Assembly: GCA_044220955.1 (NCBI GenBank) | Contig: JBGAQA010000044.1 | Span: 1 to 38,578 of the forward strand | DNA from: Sandaracinaceae bacterium | GTDB taxonomy: Bacteria > Myxococcota_A > Polyangia > Polyangiales > Sandaracinaceae | DNA: 38,578 nucleotides | Direction: 5' to 3' | Shown here: piece after piece, positions 1-9,901 of the stretch | Position numbering within the stretch: the first letter of the stretch is position 1 | Layout: each line of letters opens with the position of its first letter | Notes under the pieces: generated by a model | Seen by the model: the letters and a program-made list of their open reading frames with translations, nothing else | Told to the model about the DNA's origin: nothing | The model's database searches: none | Translations under genes and position numbers: made by a program

Positions 1-102
1 CTCGCTCTCGCTCTCGCTCTCGCCCTCGCCCTCGCTCTCGCCCTCGCCCTCGCCCTCGCTCTCGCTCTCGGCGCTCTCGCCCTCGGCGCTCTCGCTCTCG
101 GC
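1..102. repeat. Hexamer microsatellite (CTCGCY)n, truncated by window start
   Basis: Eleven CTCGCT/CTCGCC units at 1-66, then hexamers interspersed with 9-nt CTCGGCGCT variants. Confidence 0.9.
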
Positions 103-174
103 GTGCCGGAGCAGCCTCGCGCCACTTGCGGGCTCCCGGCGACCTGCGCGGCGCGAGCGCCGCCTATGTCTCCT

Positions 175-195
175 GCGGCGGGCTGCGCCCGCCGC
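175..195 (-). terminator. GC-rich hairpin downstream of the 205..3180 gene (terminator or REP-like)
   Basis: GCGGCGGGC-TGC-GCCCGCCGC, perfect 9-bp stem about 10 nt past the stop codon; no clear U-tract. Confidence 0.4.
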
Positions 196-204
196 TCGCC
201 GTCG

Positions 205-3180
205 TCAGCGCCCGAGTCGCCTTCGCGCGTCGCGGTACCCCGGCGAGATCTCGAGCGCACGCTCCCAGGCGCGTCTCGCTCCCGCGGCGTCGCCGCTCGC
301 CTGCAGCGTGTCGCCGAGCAGCACGTAGTTGCCTGCGTTCGGCGTGTGGCCCTCCGCGAGGCGCCGCGCCCACGTGGACGCGGTGCGCGCGTCGTGACGC
401 GCGAGGTGCAGGCGCGCGAGGCCCGCCATCGCCCGCGCGTTGTTCGGCGAGAGGCGCAGCGCATGCAGGTAGTCGGCCTCGGCGCCCGGCAGATCGCCGT
501 GCGTGCGCTTGAAGTTCGCGCGGTCGACCCAGTACTGCGGGTTGTCCGGGCCGGGCTCGTCTCCGTGGTCCGTGCTCTCGGCGTCGTCGGAGCTCGCGAC
601 CTCGACGACGGTGGTCGGCGGCGGTGGCGGGGCGACCTCGACGACGGTGGTGGGCGGCGGCGGCGCGACCTCGGCGACGGTGAGCGGCGGCGGCGCGACC
701 TCGACGAGGGTGGTGGGCGGCGCGGCGATGCTCGTCGGCGGTGCGACGACCACGCTCGTCGGCGGCGCGCGGACCACGCTCGTCGGCGGCAGCGGCGACG
801 CGATCGGTCCCGGTCTCGCGAACAGGCCCATGCGCCACGCCGCGATCCCTCCCACCGCGAGCAACGCGACGAGCACGAGCGCGCCCAGGATCACGCCCCA
901 GCCCGTGCGCGACCGGGCGCCCGGGATCGCGACCACCTCCTGGTGGTCGGCGCGCGGCGGTGGGAGCTGGATCTGGTCGGTCGCCTCGAGCGGCGCGGCG
1001 GCCGGTGTCGCGAGCGCGGGCGCGGTGGGGCTCTCGGGCGCGCTCGGCGGGACCACGATGGGCGTGGGCACCGAGGGTGACGCGAGCGCGAGCTCGGCGT
1101 CGAGCAGCGCGCCGAGATCGGTCTCGCCCGCGAGCGGCGCGCTCGAGCGCTCGGGCGCCGGGTCGATCACCGCGCGCTTGGTCGTCTTCGCCTCGTCGTC
1201 GATCGGCTTCGCGGGCGCGATGACGGAGACGGGCGGTGGTGCGATCGCGACGGCCGGCGGGGCCACCACCGGAGGCCGCTTGCTCGTCGGCGGCTCGATC
1301 TCCACGAACGTCTTGGCGGGCGGCGCGACCGAGCTGGGCACGGGCACGGGCACCGGCTTCCTCGGCGGCGTCGCCGCGGGCGCGGTCGCCGTTCGCGCGA
1401 GGCCCGGGGGCACGGGCATCCCCATCTGCGTCGCCTTGCGCAGTCCGGGCTTGGCGGGCGGCGCGGGGAGCCGTCCGGGCGCTGGAAGCGCACCCCTGGC
1501 GACCGCCGCGGGCGTGGGATCTCTGCGCGGCTCGGCCGCCGCAGCGGCTGCCGTGGCCGCCGCGGTCTCGCTCGGCACTTCGAGCGTGCCCGGGGGCAGC
1601 GTGTGGCGGAGCTTGTCGAGCAGCGTCTCGAGCTGCGTGACGAGCGCGCGCGCGTCGTGCTCGCCCGAGGGAGACGGGCGGAGCGACCCGTTCGCGGGTG
1701 TCGGCGCGTGGATCGAGGGCGGCCCGGCCGGCGGCGGGACCGAGGGCGTGAAGATCGGCGTCTCGCGATCGGCGGCGGCGATGGCGTCGTCGACCGGCGA
1801 CATCACGTTCGCGACGGAGGGCGCGTCGCGCGGCTCGATGCGCACGCGTCCCGAGGCGAGCCCGAGCGCGACCGCGATCGCGGCGGCGCCCTCCACCTTC
1901 GACGCCTTGCCGCCGGGCTCGGCCGCGACCTCACCGCGGGCGCCGACGATGAGCCCCTGGGCGAAGTCGATCCCGATCGTCGCGCGCCGGTGCCGGACGA
2001 TCGCGTGCACGGTCGTCCCGGCGCGCGCGACCGCGCGCAAGAGGCGCGTCGGCCCCGTTGTCTCGAGCCGCACGTCGATCGGGCCCTTGCCCTCGCGGAC
2101 GCGCGTCATGAGGCTCTCGTCCGGCTCGACGAGGGGAAGCATCCCCGCGGCGAGGCGCGTGATGTCCGGCTCGGGCGTGTTCGCGCGCCAGAGCTCCTCG
2201 CCGCGGGTCACGAGCAGCGCCGCCCAGCGCAGGCGCGAGTCGCCGCGCACGAGCTGCATGGCCTGGCTCGCCCAGCCGCCCACGCCGCTCACGTCCACGA
2301 GGATCACGTCGGGATCGATCGCGCGCGCCTTGGCGAGGCCGGTCCCCTCGCCGTCGATCACCACGACGTGCGCGCCGCGCTCGCGAAGCGCGACCACGAG
2401 GTCGTCCGCGCGCGCCGGGCTCTTCTCCACGATCACGATGCGGCGGTGGCGGAAGAGCGCGGCGACGTCGAGCTCGCCGGACGGGCCCTCGTCGTCGAGC
2501 GTGAGCTCGGCGAGCTTGCCCGTCGACGCCTGCTGGAACTCCCAGCGCACGGTCTCCGACTGCGTGACCAGGGGCCGCAGCCGGTCGACGAGCTCCTCGA
2601 TCGCCTGCGTCACCGGGCGATCGCCGCGGAGCACCACGCGCTCGCTGCCGCCGCTCGCCGACACCGCCAGGATGCCGCTCCTCAGCCGCCGCGCGAAGAG
2701 CTCGACCACCTCGTCGAGCGTCGCCTCGCCCAGATCCGTCGGCCCGTCCGACTTGCGCTCCGGCAGCTCGCGCGCGACCTCGGCGACGAGCGTCGCCATC
2801 GCGTCCGCGCTCGCGCTGCGCGCGACCAGCGCCACCGCGCCGAAGCGCGCGGCCTTGAGCCGGTGATCGAGCCCCGCGTCGTCGGCGAGGATCGCGACAG
2901 GAACCACGGCGGTGGCCACGCTGCCGGCCAGCTTCTCGAGGACGGCGCGTCCTTCCTCCTGGGAAGCGTCGCCCACGAGCAGGACGAGATCGGGCGCGTG
3001 CACGAAGACCGACTGCACCGGGTTGTCGGGATCGCCGATCTCGAGCTGCACCCCGTGCCGGTCGAGCGCCAGCGCGACGGCGTCGAGCATCGCCTCGCCG
3101 CGCCCGATCGCGAGGACGGTGGGGCGATCCTCGAGCGCGTGTGCGGCGCTCGGCGCGTCTCGCGTGGGCGTAGCGGCCAA
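205..3180 (-). CDS. Membrane-anchored multidomain protein: two receiver-like domains, Pro-rich linker, TM helix, C-terminal TPRs
   Basis: Receiver-like segments (APDLVLLVGD; RRIVIVE...DPDVILVD), TM helix WGVILGALVLVALLAVGGIAAW, TPR-like tail (AEADYLHALRLSPNNARAMAGLAR, ARRAWERALEISPGY). Start proposed at TTG 3180, 7 nt after a TATCCT -10-like hexamer; the track start at 3444 overlaps the divergent gene. Confidence 0.8.
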   Translation of the reverse strand: MAATPTRDAPSAAHALEDRPTVLAIGRGEAMLDAVALALDRHGVQLEIGDPDNPVQSVFVHAPDLVLLVGDASQEEGRAVLEKLAGSVATAVVPVAILADDAGLDHRLKAARFGAVALVARSASADAMATLVAEVARELPERKSDGPTDLGEATLDEVVELFARRLRSGILAVSASGGSERVVLRGDRPVTQAIEELVDRLRPLVTQSETVRWEFQQASTGKLAELTLDDEGPSGELDVAALFRHRRIVIVEKSPARADDLVVALRERGAHVVVIDGEGTGLAKARAIDPDVILVDVSGVGGWASQAMQLVRGDSRLRWAALLVTRGEELWRANTPEPDITRLAAGMLPLVEPDESLMTRVREGKGPIDVRLETTGPTRLLRAVARAGTTVHAIVRHRRATIGIDFAQGLIVGARGEVAAEPGGKASKVEGAAAIAVALGLASGRVRIEPRDAPSVANVMSPVDDAIAAADRETPIFTPSVPPPAGPPSIHAPTPANGSLRPSPSGEHDARALVTQLETLLDKLRHTLPPGTLEVPSETAAATAAAAAAEPRRDPTPAAVARGALPAPGRLPAPPAKPGLRKATQMGMPVPPGLARTATAPAATPPRKPVPVPVPSSVAPPAKTFVEIEPPTSKRPPVVAPPAVAIAPPPVSVIAPAKPIDDEAKTTKRAVIDPAPERSSAPLAGETDLGALLDAELALASPSVPTPIVVPPSAPESPTAPALATPAAAPLEATDQIQLPPPRADHQEVVAIPGARSRTGWGVILGALVLVALLAVGGIAAWRMGLFARPGPIASPLPPTSVVRAPPTSVVVAPPTSIAAPPTTLVEVAPPPLTVAEVAPPPPTTVVEVAPPPPPTTVVEVASSDDAESTDHGDEPGPDNPQYWVDRANFKRTHGDLPGAEADYLHALRLSPNNARAMAGLARLHLARHDARTASTWARRLAEGHTPNAGNYVLLGDTLQASGDAAGARRAWERALEISPGYRDARRRLGR

Positions 3181-3260
3181 GAAGAAAAGGATACCGAAGC
3201 GCGCGAGAGGAGCGCGAGAAAGGGACGCGTCCCGCGCTCGCTGTGGCAGGATCCGGCGCC

Positions 3261-4067
3261 ATGCGGATGGTGAGTGTCGTCGGTTGGACCGTGGGCGGAA
3301 TCGCGCTCTGTTGTGCGGTCGCGTGTGGGTCGAGCGCGCCGGCAGAGCCGCCGCCCGAAGAGACGACGACGTCGGGGGAGGAGCAGCCTCCTGCGCCACC
3401 CCCGCCGCCCCCGCCAGCGCTCGTGCACGTGGTGCACGCCTCACCCGATCCGGGGCTCTCCACGTTCACGATCCGCCTCGACGACGGGCCCGCCGTCGTC
3501 ACCGATCTGGCGGCTGGCTCGGCGAGCGGCGCGCTGGAGGTGACCCCGGGCTCGCACGCGCTGCACCTGCTCGGCGTCGCGTCGGTCGAGACGGGCGAGG
3601 CGCCCGAGGTGCTCGCGACGAGCATCGAGGTCGACTCGGGCGCGCACCCGATGGTGATCGTCTTCGGCGAGCCCTCGGCCGAGCCGCCGCTGACCGTCCG
3701 GGTGCTCGACGAGGACACGAGCGAGTCGGCGACGCGCGTGCGGCTGCTGCATGGGCTGGTCGGGGTCGGCACGCTCGACGTGTGCGTGGGCGGTACGCCG
3801 CTCGCGGCGGGCCTCGCGCCGGGCACGATGGCGCCGATCGCGTCGCTCGCGGAAGGATCCGTCGCCCTCGTCGTGCACGCGGCGAGCCCCAACGCGTGCC
3901 ATGGCCGCGCGGTCGGCACGGCTCACGCGACGCTCGCAGCCGGGACGGCGTACATCGCCACGATCACGGGGCACTCCGGTCGGCGAGGCCGCGTCACGGG
4001 TGCGCTCGTCGTGTGTAGCGAGGGCGCGGACACGGCGTGCGCGAGCGCGACGCTCGGGGCGCGCTGA
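3261..4067 (+). CDS. DUF4397-like lipoprotein
   Basis: Lipobox AVAC; VHVVHASPD motif and a second copy RVRLLHGL...TLDVCV typical of DUF4397 repeats. Confidence 0.75.
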   Translation: MRMVSVVGWTVGGIALCCAVACGSSAPAEPPPEETTTSGEEQPPAPPPPPPPALVHVVHASPDPGLSTFTIRLDDGPAVVTDLAAGSASGALEVTPGSHALHLLGVASVETGEAPEVLATSIEVDSGAHPMVIVFGEPSAEPPLTVRVLDEDTSESATRVRLLHGLVGVGTLDVCVGGTPLAAGLAPGTMAPIASLAEGSVALVVHAASPNACHGRAVGTAHATLAAGTAYIATITGHSGRRGRVTGALVVCSEGADTACASATLGAR

Positions 4068-4166
4068 GCACGACTGGAGTGCTCGCTCCGGAGGACCCGG
4101 ACGGAAGCGCGCGCAGCGCGCGGACGGTAGGGGCCGGAGGCGCGAGCCGACGCAATCGACTCGTTC

Positions 4167-5381
4167 TCAGCGGCAGTAGGGACGCCCCGGGTGCGGCTGG
4201 TGCGCCCACGTCTCTCGCCGCGCGAGGAACTCCGTGACGGCGGCGTCCATCGGCGTGCCCGCGGGCGGGGAGGTCGGCGCGGTCTCGCGCGAGCGGCGGC
4301 GCGGGTGCGCGAGCACCGGCTCGAGGCCGGCGTCCGCGAGCTGATCACGTCGCCACGGGTAGATGGGCGAGGCGTCCTCGCAGCCGGCACCCAGATCCTC
4401 GTTCGTGCAGAAGAAGCGGACGTGCAGGTGGTCGTCGTGCGGGTAGCCGGGCTGGCAGGTCACGTCCTCGAAGCGACGGATCACCGCCCGCGGCGCGTGA
4501 GCGCGCGCGGCCTCGGCGAGCAGCATCGTGCGCACGTGCTCCACGACGAAGATGCGCTGCACGAGCGCGTCGTCGTCCTGGAGGATCGCCTGCACGAAGC
4601 GCCACGTGCGGGCGAGGTCGATCTGCATCGGCACGTCGTCCGCGGGATCGACCAGGTCGCCGTAGTCGGTGCCTCGCCCCTCGGGATCGATCGGCACTGC
4701 CACCGACGCGCGCGGCGCGCCCGCGGGATCGAGCACGTAGAAGAGGACGTCGACGTCGCGCCCCGCGCGGTGCGAGCCGTGGTGTGCGATCGGCCCTCCC
4801 TGGGGCAGCCCGATGTCGTTGATGGTGAGCGTGCCTCCGGGCAGCTCGCGCTCGACGCTCGCGGCCGCGTCGACGAGCGCGCGGACGAGCTCGTAGGTGC
4901 CGTAGTAGGCGTCGTGGCCCGGCCGCCGCGGATTGCGCACGAGGCCTGGAGCGCGGCGCGGAAGGGGAACACCACCCTCGAGCCGGCCCTCGTTCGGGCC
5001 GCCGATGGACGTCGAGGTGGAAGGCCTCGCCGTCGCGAGCGTGATCGCCGCGGGGCCGCCCGCGTCGACGTCGCTCGCGACGGGCTGCGACACCTCTTCT
5101 TCTTCCCGTTCTTCTTCCCGTTCTTCTTCCCGTTCTTCTTCCCGCTCGGGCTCGAGGGCTCGCTCGGGCTCGGGAGCTCGCTCGAACTCGATCGCCCGCT
5201 CGGCCGGCGTCTCGCTCTCGGTCGTCCGGGTCTCGGACGAGCCGGGCGACACGGGGGATGGACTCGGCCCCGGCGCCTGGCCGCCGCAGCCGAACACCGC
5301 GAGCGCGAGCGCGAGCGCGAGCGCGCTGCGCGAGCGCCGGTCCCCGGCCCGCGCGGCAGGCACTGTCGAGCTCGGCCACAT
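4167..5381 (-). CDS. mepA: Penicillin-insensitive murein endopeptidase (MepA/M74 family) lipoprotein
   Basis: SIGGPNEGRLEGG, HGSHRAGRDVD and HDDHLHVRF zinc motifs; lipobox VFGC; exact start uncertain. Confidence 0.85.
   Translation of the reverse strand: MWPSSTVPAARAGDRRSRSALALALALAVFGCGGQAPGPSPSPVSPGSSETRTTESETPAERAIEFERAPEPERALEPEREEEREEEREEEREEEEVSQPVASDVDAGGPAAITLATARPSTSTSIGGPNEGRLEGGVPLPRRAPGLVRNPRRPGHDAYYGTYELVRALVDAAASVERELPGGTLTINDIGLPQGGPIAHHGSHRAGRDVDVLFYVLDPAGAPRASVAVPIDPEGRGTDYGDLVDPADDVPMQIDLARTWRFVQAILQDDDALVQRIFVVEHVRTMLLAEAARAHAPRAVIRRFEDVTCQPGYPHDDHLHVRFFCTNEDLGAGCEDASPIYPWRRDQLADAGLEPVLAHPRRRSRETAPTSPPAGTPMDAAVTEFLARRETWAHQPHPGRPYCR
5097..5144. repeat. Perfect 12-nt tandem repeat x4 (TTCTTCTTCCCG), encoding REEE units in the MepA linker
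   Basis: Four exact copies read directly from the sequence. Confidence 0.9.
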
Positions 5382-5439
5382 CCGACGTGGAACACGCTGA
5401 ACCACTCGACGTTTTCCCGCAAAATCGAGGACCCGCGTG

Positions 5440-5485
5440 ATTGTGTAAAGTGATACTTGACACGTTACACGATTGATCGCACGCT
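5440..5485 (+). promoter_or_regulatory. Sigma70-type promoter with overlapping inverted-repeat operator
   Basis: TTGACA 5457-5462, 17-nt spacer, CACGCT 5480-5485, ATG at 5492; dyad GTGTAAAGTG-N8-CACGTTACAC (5443-5470) straddles the -35 element. Confidence 0.65.
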
Positions 5486-5491
5486 AGGGCC

Positions 5492-6898
5492 ATGCGGAAG
5501 CGAGCACGGGCTCTCGACGTCGCGGCAAGCGCCCTCGCGCACGTACTGCCGCGGCCCTTCGCGCGCGCGATCGACCAAGCGCGCCTCGACGCGGAGTCGA
5601 TCGTCGATGGGCTCAGCGGGCGCCGTGCGCCCAGCTTCTCGACGCGGCAGGCGCCGCTGACGCCGCCGCCGGCGCTCGCCGCGATCGATCCACTGTACGA
5701 GCTGCTGCCCGGGCCCATCGCGCGGCGCTATGCGGTCGCGCTCCGCGACGTGCGAACCATCACTCGCGAGCTGCGCGGCGAGCGCCTGCCGTCCGTCGTG
5801 CCGCGCCCGCCCCGGCGCGTGGAGCCGCGTGCGCCGGCGCCTGCGAGCGCGCGCCGCGCCCTGGTCGTGCGCTCGCTCGTCCACGAGACCGACGACGCTC
5901 TCGCGATCGAGCTGGCGGACCCGAGCGGGCGCCCGATCGCGTTCGAGCCGGGGCAGTTCCTCACGCTCCACGTCCCGATCGAGGGACGCGAGCTGCGGCG
6001 CGCGTACTCGATCTGCAGCGCGCCCTGGAGCGGCGACACGGTGACGATCGTCGTCAAGCGCGTCGAGAACGGCCTCGTCTCCGGGCACCTGCACCGGACG
6101 CTGCGCGAGGGCGCCCGCCTCGACGCCAGCGGACCGTCCGGCAGCTTCGTCGTGCCACCGTCCCGCGCCCCGCGTCACCTCGTGCTCTTCGCGGGCGGCA
6201 GCGGCATCACGCCGGTCTTCTCGATCCTGCGTACCGCGCTCGCGCGCGAGCCGGGCGCGCGCGTCACGCTCGTGTTCGGCAACCGGCGCGACACCGATGT
6301 GATCTTCCGCGCACGCCTCGATGCGCTCGGGCGCGAGCACGGCGAGCGGCTGCGCATCGTGCACGTCCTCGAGGAGCCGAGCCCGATCGCGGCGCGCGTC
6401 GGTCGGCCCGACGCGACGATGGTCGGAGCGCTCGTGCACGACCTCGCGCTCGACGCGCGTCTGCCGGGCGAGGACGCGCCGCTCTTCTTCGTCTGCGGGC
6501 CCGCGGCGATGATGGCGTCGGTCCGCGGTGCGCTCGACGCGGCGGGGGTCGACGCGGCGCGCATCCGCGAGGAGCGCTTTCTCTCTCCGGCCGACCCCGG
6601 CACGTCACGCGCGGACCTGCCGAACGTCGCCCAGCCGATCACCGTGCGTCGTCGCGGCGTGCTGCGGACCTTCCAGCAGCTGCCGGGCGAGTCGATCCTC
6701 GAGGCCGCCAGCCGCGCGAAGGTCGAGCTGCCGTCTTCCTGCACGATGGGCGGCTGCGGCGCCTGCCGCTGTCGCGCGGTCGAGGGCGAGGTCGTGGTCG
6801 ACGAGCCGAGCTGCCTCACCGAGGCCGAGCGCGCCGAGCGTTACGTGCTCACCTGTGTCGGCCACGCCCGTGGTCCCGTGACGCTGGAGGTCCCGTGA
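5492..6898 (+). CDS. FAD/NAD(P)H ferredoxin reductase with C-terminal 2Fe-2S domain (PaaE/KshB-like oxygenase reductase)
   Basis: FEPGQFL, RRAYSICS, FAGGSGITP, VCGPAAMM, SCTMGGCGACRC...LTC. Confidence 0.92.
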   Translation: MRKRARALDVAASALAHVLPRPFARAIDQARLDAESIVDGLSGRRAPSFSTRQAPLTPPPALAAIDPLYELLPGPIARRYAVALRDVRTITRELRGERLPSVVPRPPRRVEPRAPAPASARRALVVRSLVHETDDALAIELADPSGRPIAFEPGQFLTLHVPIEGRELRRAYSICSAPWSGDTVTIVVKRVENGLVSGHLHRTLREGARLDASGPSGSFVVPPSRAPRHLVLFAGGSGITPVFSILRTALAREPGARVTLVFGNRRDTDVIFRARLDALGREHGERLRIVHVLEEPSPIAARVGRPDATMVGALVHDLALDARLPGEDAPLFFVCGPAAMMASVRGALDAAGVDAARIREERFLSPADPGTSRADLPNVAQPITVRRRGVLRTFQQLPGESILEAASRAKVELPSSCTMGGCGACRCRAVEGEVVVDEPSCLTEAERAERYVLTCVGHARGPVTLEVP

Positions 6899-7671
6899 GC
6901 ATGGAGTCCTCTCCCGCGCCCGCGAGCGTGCTGCCGAGCCTGGCGCCGGACGCGGCCACGCACACCCTCCGCATGAAGGATCTCTGCGCGGAGACGGGTC
7001 TGCCGCGGCAGGCGATTCACTTCTACATCCACGAGGGCCTGCTGCCGCCAGGCACCAAGACGGGCCGGAACATGGCGCTCTACGGCCACGAGCACGTCGC
7101 GCGCCTGAAGCTGATCAAGAAGCTCCAGCACGAGCGCTTCCTGCCGCTCAAGGCGATCAAGGCCCTGCTCGAGGGTCGCGAGGAGCACTTCGCGCCCGGG
7201 CAGCGCAACGTGCTGCTCGACGTGAAGCAGCGCCTCGCTCAGGGCCAGCTCGTCCGGCTCGACGGTGCCCCGGAGATGACGCTGCGCGCGGACGACGCGT
7301 GCGCCCGCGCGCAGGTACCGCGTGCCGACCTCGACCACGCCGTCGAGATCGGCTTGCTCGGCGCGCGCGAGGACGAGCAAGGCAACCTCGTCATCGCGGC
7401 GGACGACGCGTGGCTGCTCGAGGCGTGGGGCGAGCTACGCCGCCTCGGCTACGCCGACGACCTCGCGCTGCGAATCGACGATCTCGCCCTCGTGCAGGAG
7501 GTCGTCGACGACCTCTTCAACCGCGAGGCCCTGCTCCTCGCGAGCCGCATCGATCGCATCTCGCCCGAGCGTGCCGCGACGATGATCGAGCACGCCCTGC
7601 CCATCGTCCATCACTTCCTGACGGGTCTTCACCTCAAGAAGATCCGCGCGTTCTTCGCGTCCCTCGAATAG
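6895..7671 (+). CDS. MerR family transcriptional regulator
   Basis: MKDLCAETGLPRQAIHFYIHEGLLPP...ALYGHEHVARLKLIKKLQ winged HTH; GTGA overlap with the reductase stop. Confidence 0.9.
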   Translation: MSMESSPAPASVLPSLAPDAATHTLRMKDLCAETGLPRQAIHFYIHEGLLPPGTKTGRNMALYGHEHVARLKLIKKLQHERFLPLKAIKALLEGREEHFAPGQRNVLLDVKQRLAQGQLVRLDGAPEMTLRADDACARAQVPRADLDHAVEIGLLGAREDEQGNLVIAADDAWLLEAWGELRRLGYADDLALRIDDLALVQEVVDDLFNREALLLASRIDRISPERAATMIEHALPIVHHFLTGLHLKKIRAFFASLE

Positions 7672-7682
7672 CTGGAGGCTCC

Positions 7683-8872
<1,190 letters not shown>

Positions 8873-8876
<4 letters not shown>

Positions 8877-9127
8877 CGCGCGCCCGAGCGTGGCTGGGCG
8901 TGGCGCTGGCGATCGGTGCCCTCGCGACCGACGCAGGCGCACGCGCCGACGCGCTCCCGGGGCGCCCGACGTGTCCGGCCCAGCCGCGCGACGGCACGTC
9001 TTGCCGCGCGTTCCACGCCGGTGCCGCGTGCCGCTACCCTCGCCGCGGCGTGATCTGCGAGTGCCGCCGGGTCTCCGTCGACGAGCACCGCCGACTGCTC
9101 TGGTCGTGCGGCGAGCTCGGCGAGTGA
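8873..9127 (+). CDS. Small secreted six-Cys protein
   Basis: GTGA overlap with the upstream stop; signal-like WLGVALAIGALA; CPAQP...C...ACRY...CEC...WSC. Confidence 0.6.
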
Positions 9128-9202
9128 ACGTCGGTCCACGCGAAGCGCGCGATCACGTCGCGCGCCGAGCGCTGGATCCGGCCGCCGGCCGCGTCCCGAG
9201 GC

Positions 9203-9808
9203 TCACCGACCGGCTTCGATGAGTCGGTTGAGCTCGCCGTAGTGACGGTCGGCGAGCGCCGTCAGCGAGCGGACGGTCGAGCGGAACGCGCGTCGATCGA
9301 AGTTGGAGTCGGTGTTGAGCACCATCGCGAGCCGCACCTCGCCGTCGGTCGGATCCCACTCGAACTTGCCGAGCAGCATCGTCCAGTTCAGCTCCATCAG
9401 GCGCCGCATCACGACGTCGGTGTGCGCGCCCTCGCTCGTCGCGACGAGGTAGCGATCCACGTAGGCGTACACGCTGTCGGTGACGTCGCTGTATGCGAGG
9501 TGGATCTCGTAGTCGCGGTTGGTCGTGCCGCCGGTCTGCGTCATGCGGCAGTGCGCGCGCTGCGAGTCCGTCGCCTCGCACGCCGCGTCCGCGATGCCCA
9601 TGGCCGAGAGCTCCTCGCGCATGGCCGCGAGGTAGCGCGGCTGCCCTTCGGGGACCGTCGCCGTGGCGGTCGTGGCGGCGGTGGAGGGCGGCGCGGGCGG
9701 CGTGCCTGCGTCGCGTCCGCCCTGGGCGAACGCGGGGGCGTTCGTCGTCAGCCGGCCGATGGCGATCCCGAACAGGACGAGGGCGAAGGACAGGGCGTGG
9801 CGCTTCAT
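9203..9808 (-). CDS. Exported YbjN-like domain protein
   Basis: Start MKRHALSFALVLFG; LMELNWTMLLGKFEWDPTDGEVRL resembles the YbjN/T3SS-chaperone-like fold. Confidence 0.7.
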   Translation of the reverse strand: MKRHALSFALVLFGIAIGRLTTNAPAFAQGGRDAGTPPAPPSTAATTATATVPEGQPRYLAAMREELSAMGIADAACEATDSQRAHCRMTQTGGTTNRDYEIHLAYSDVTDSVYAYVDRYLVATSEGAHTDVVMRRLMELNWTMLLGKFEWDPTDGEVRLAMVLNTDSNFDRRAFRSTVRSLTALADRHYGELNRLIEAGR

Positions 9809-9901
9809 GGGGCGCTGCTTCCCACGCGGCTCGAGGGCCGTCGAGCGCGCCCATGCCGGAAACGCGCACGCCTGCGTCGAAGGCGCTACGATCGCCGCGA
9901 A

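Noticed and set aside
600..800. Degenerate tandem repeats near the 3' end of the first gene
   Set aside because: Explained by coding VVEVAPPPPTT linker repeats.
103..3919. Long alternative ORFs (103..1080, 503..2866, 1603..3273, 1931..3919)
   Set aside because: Arg/Ala/Ser-rich shadow frames of the real genes; stop codons are rare at this GC content.
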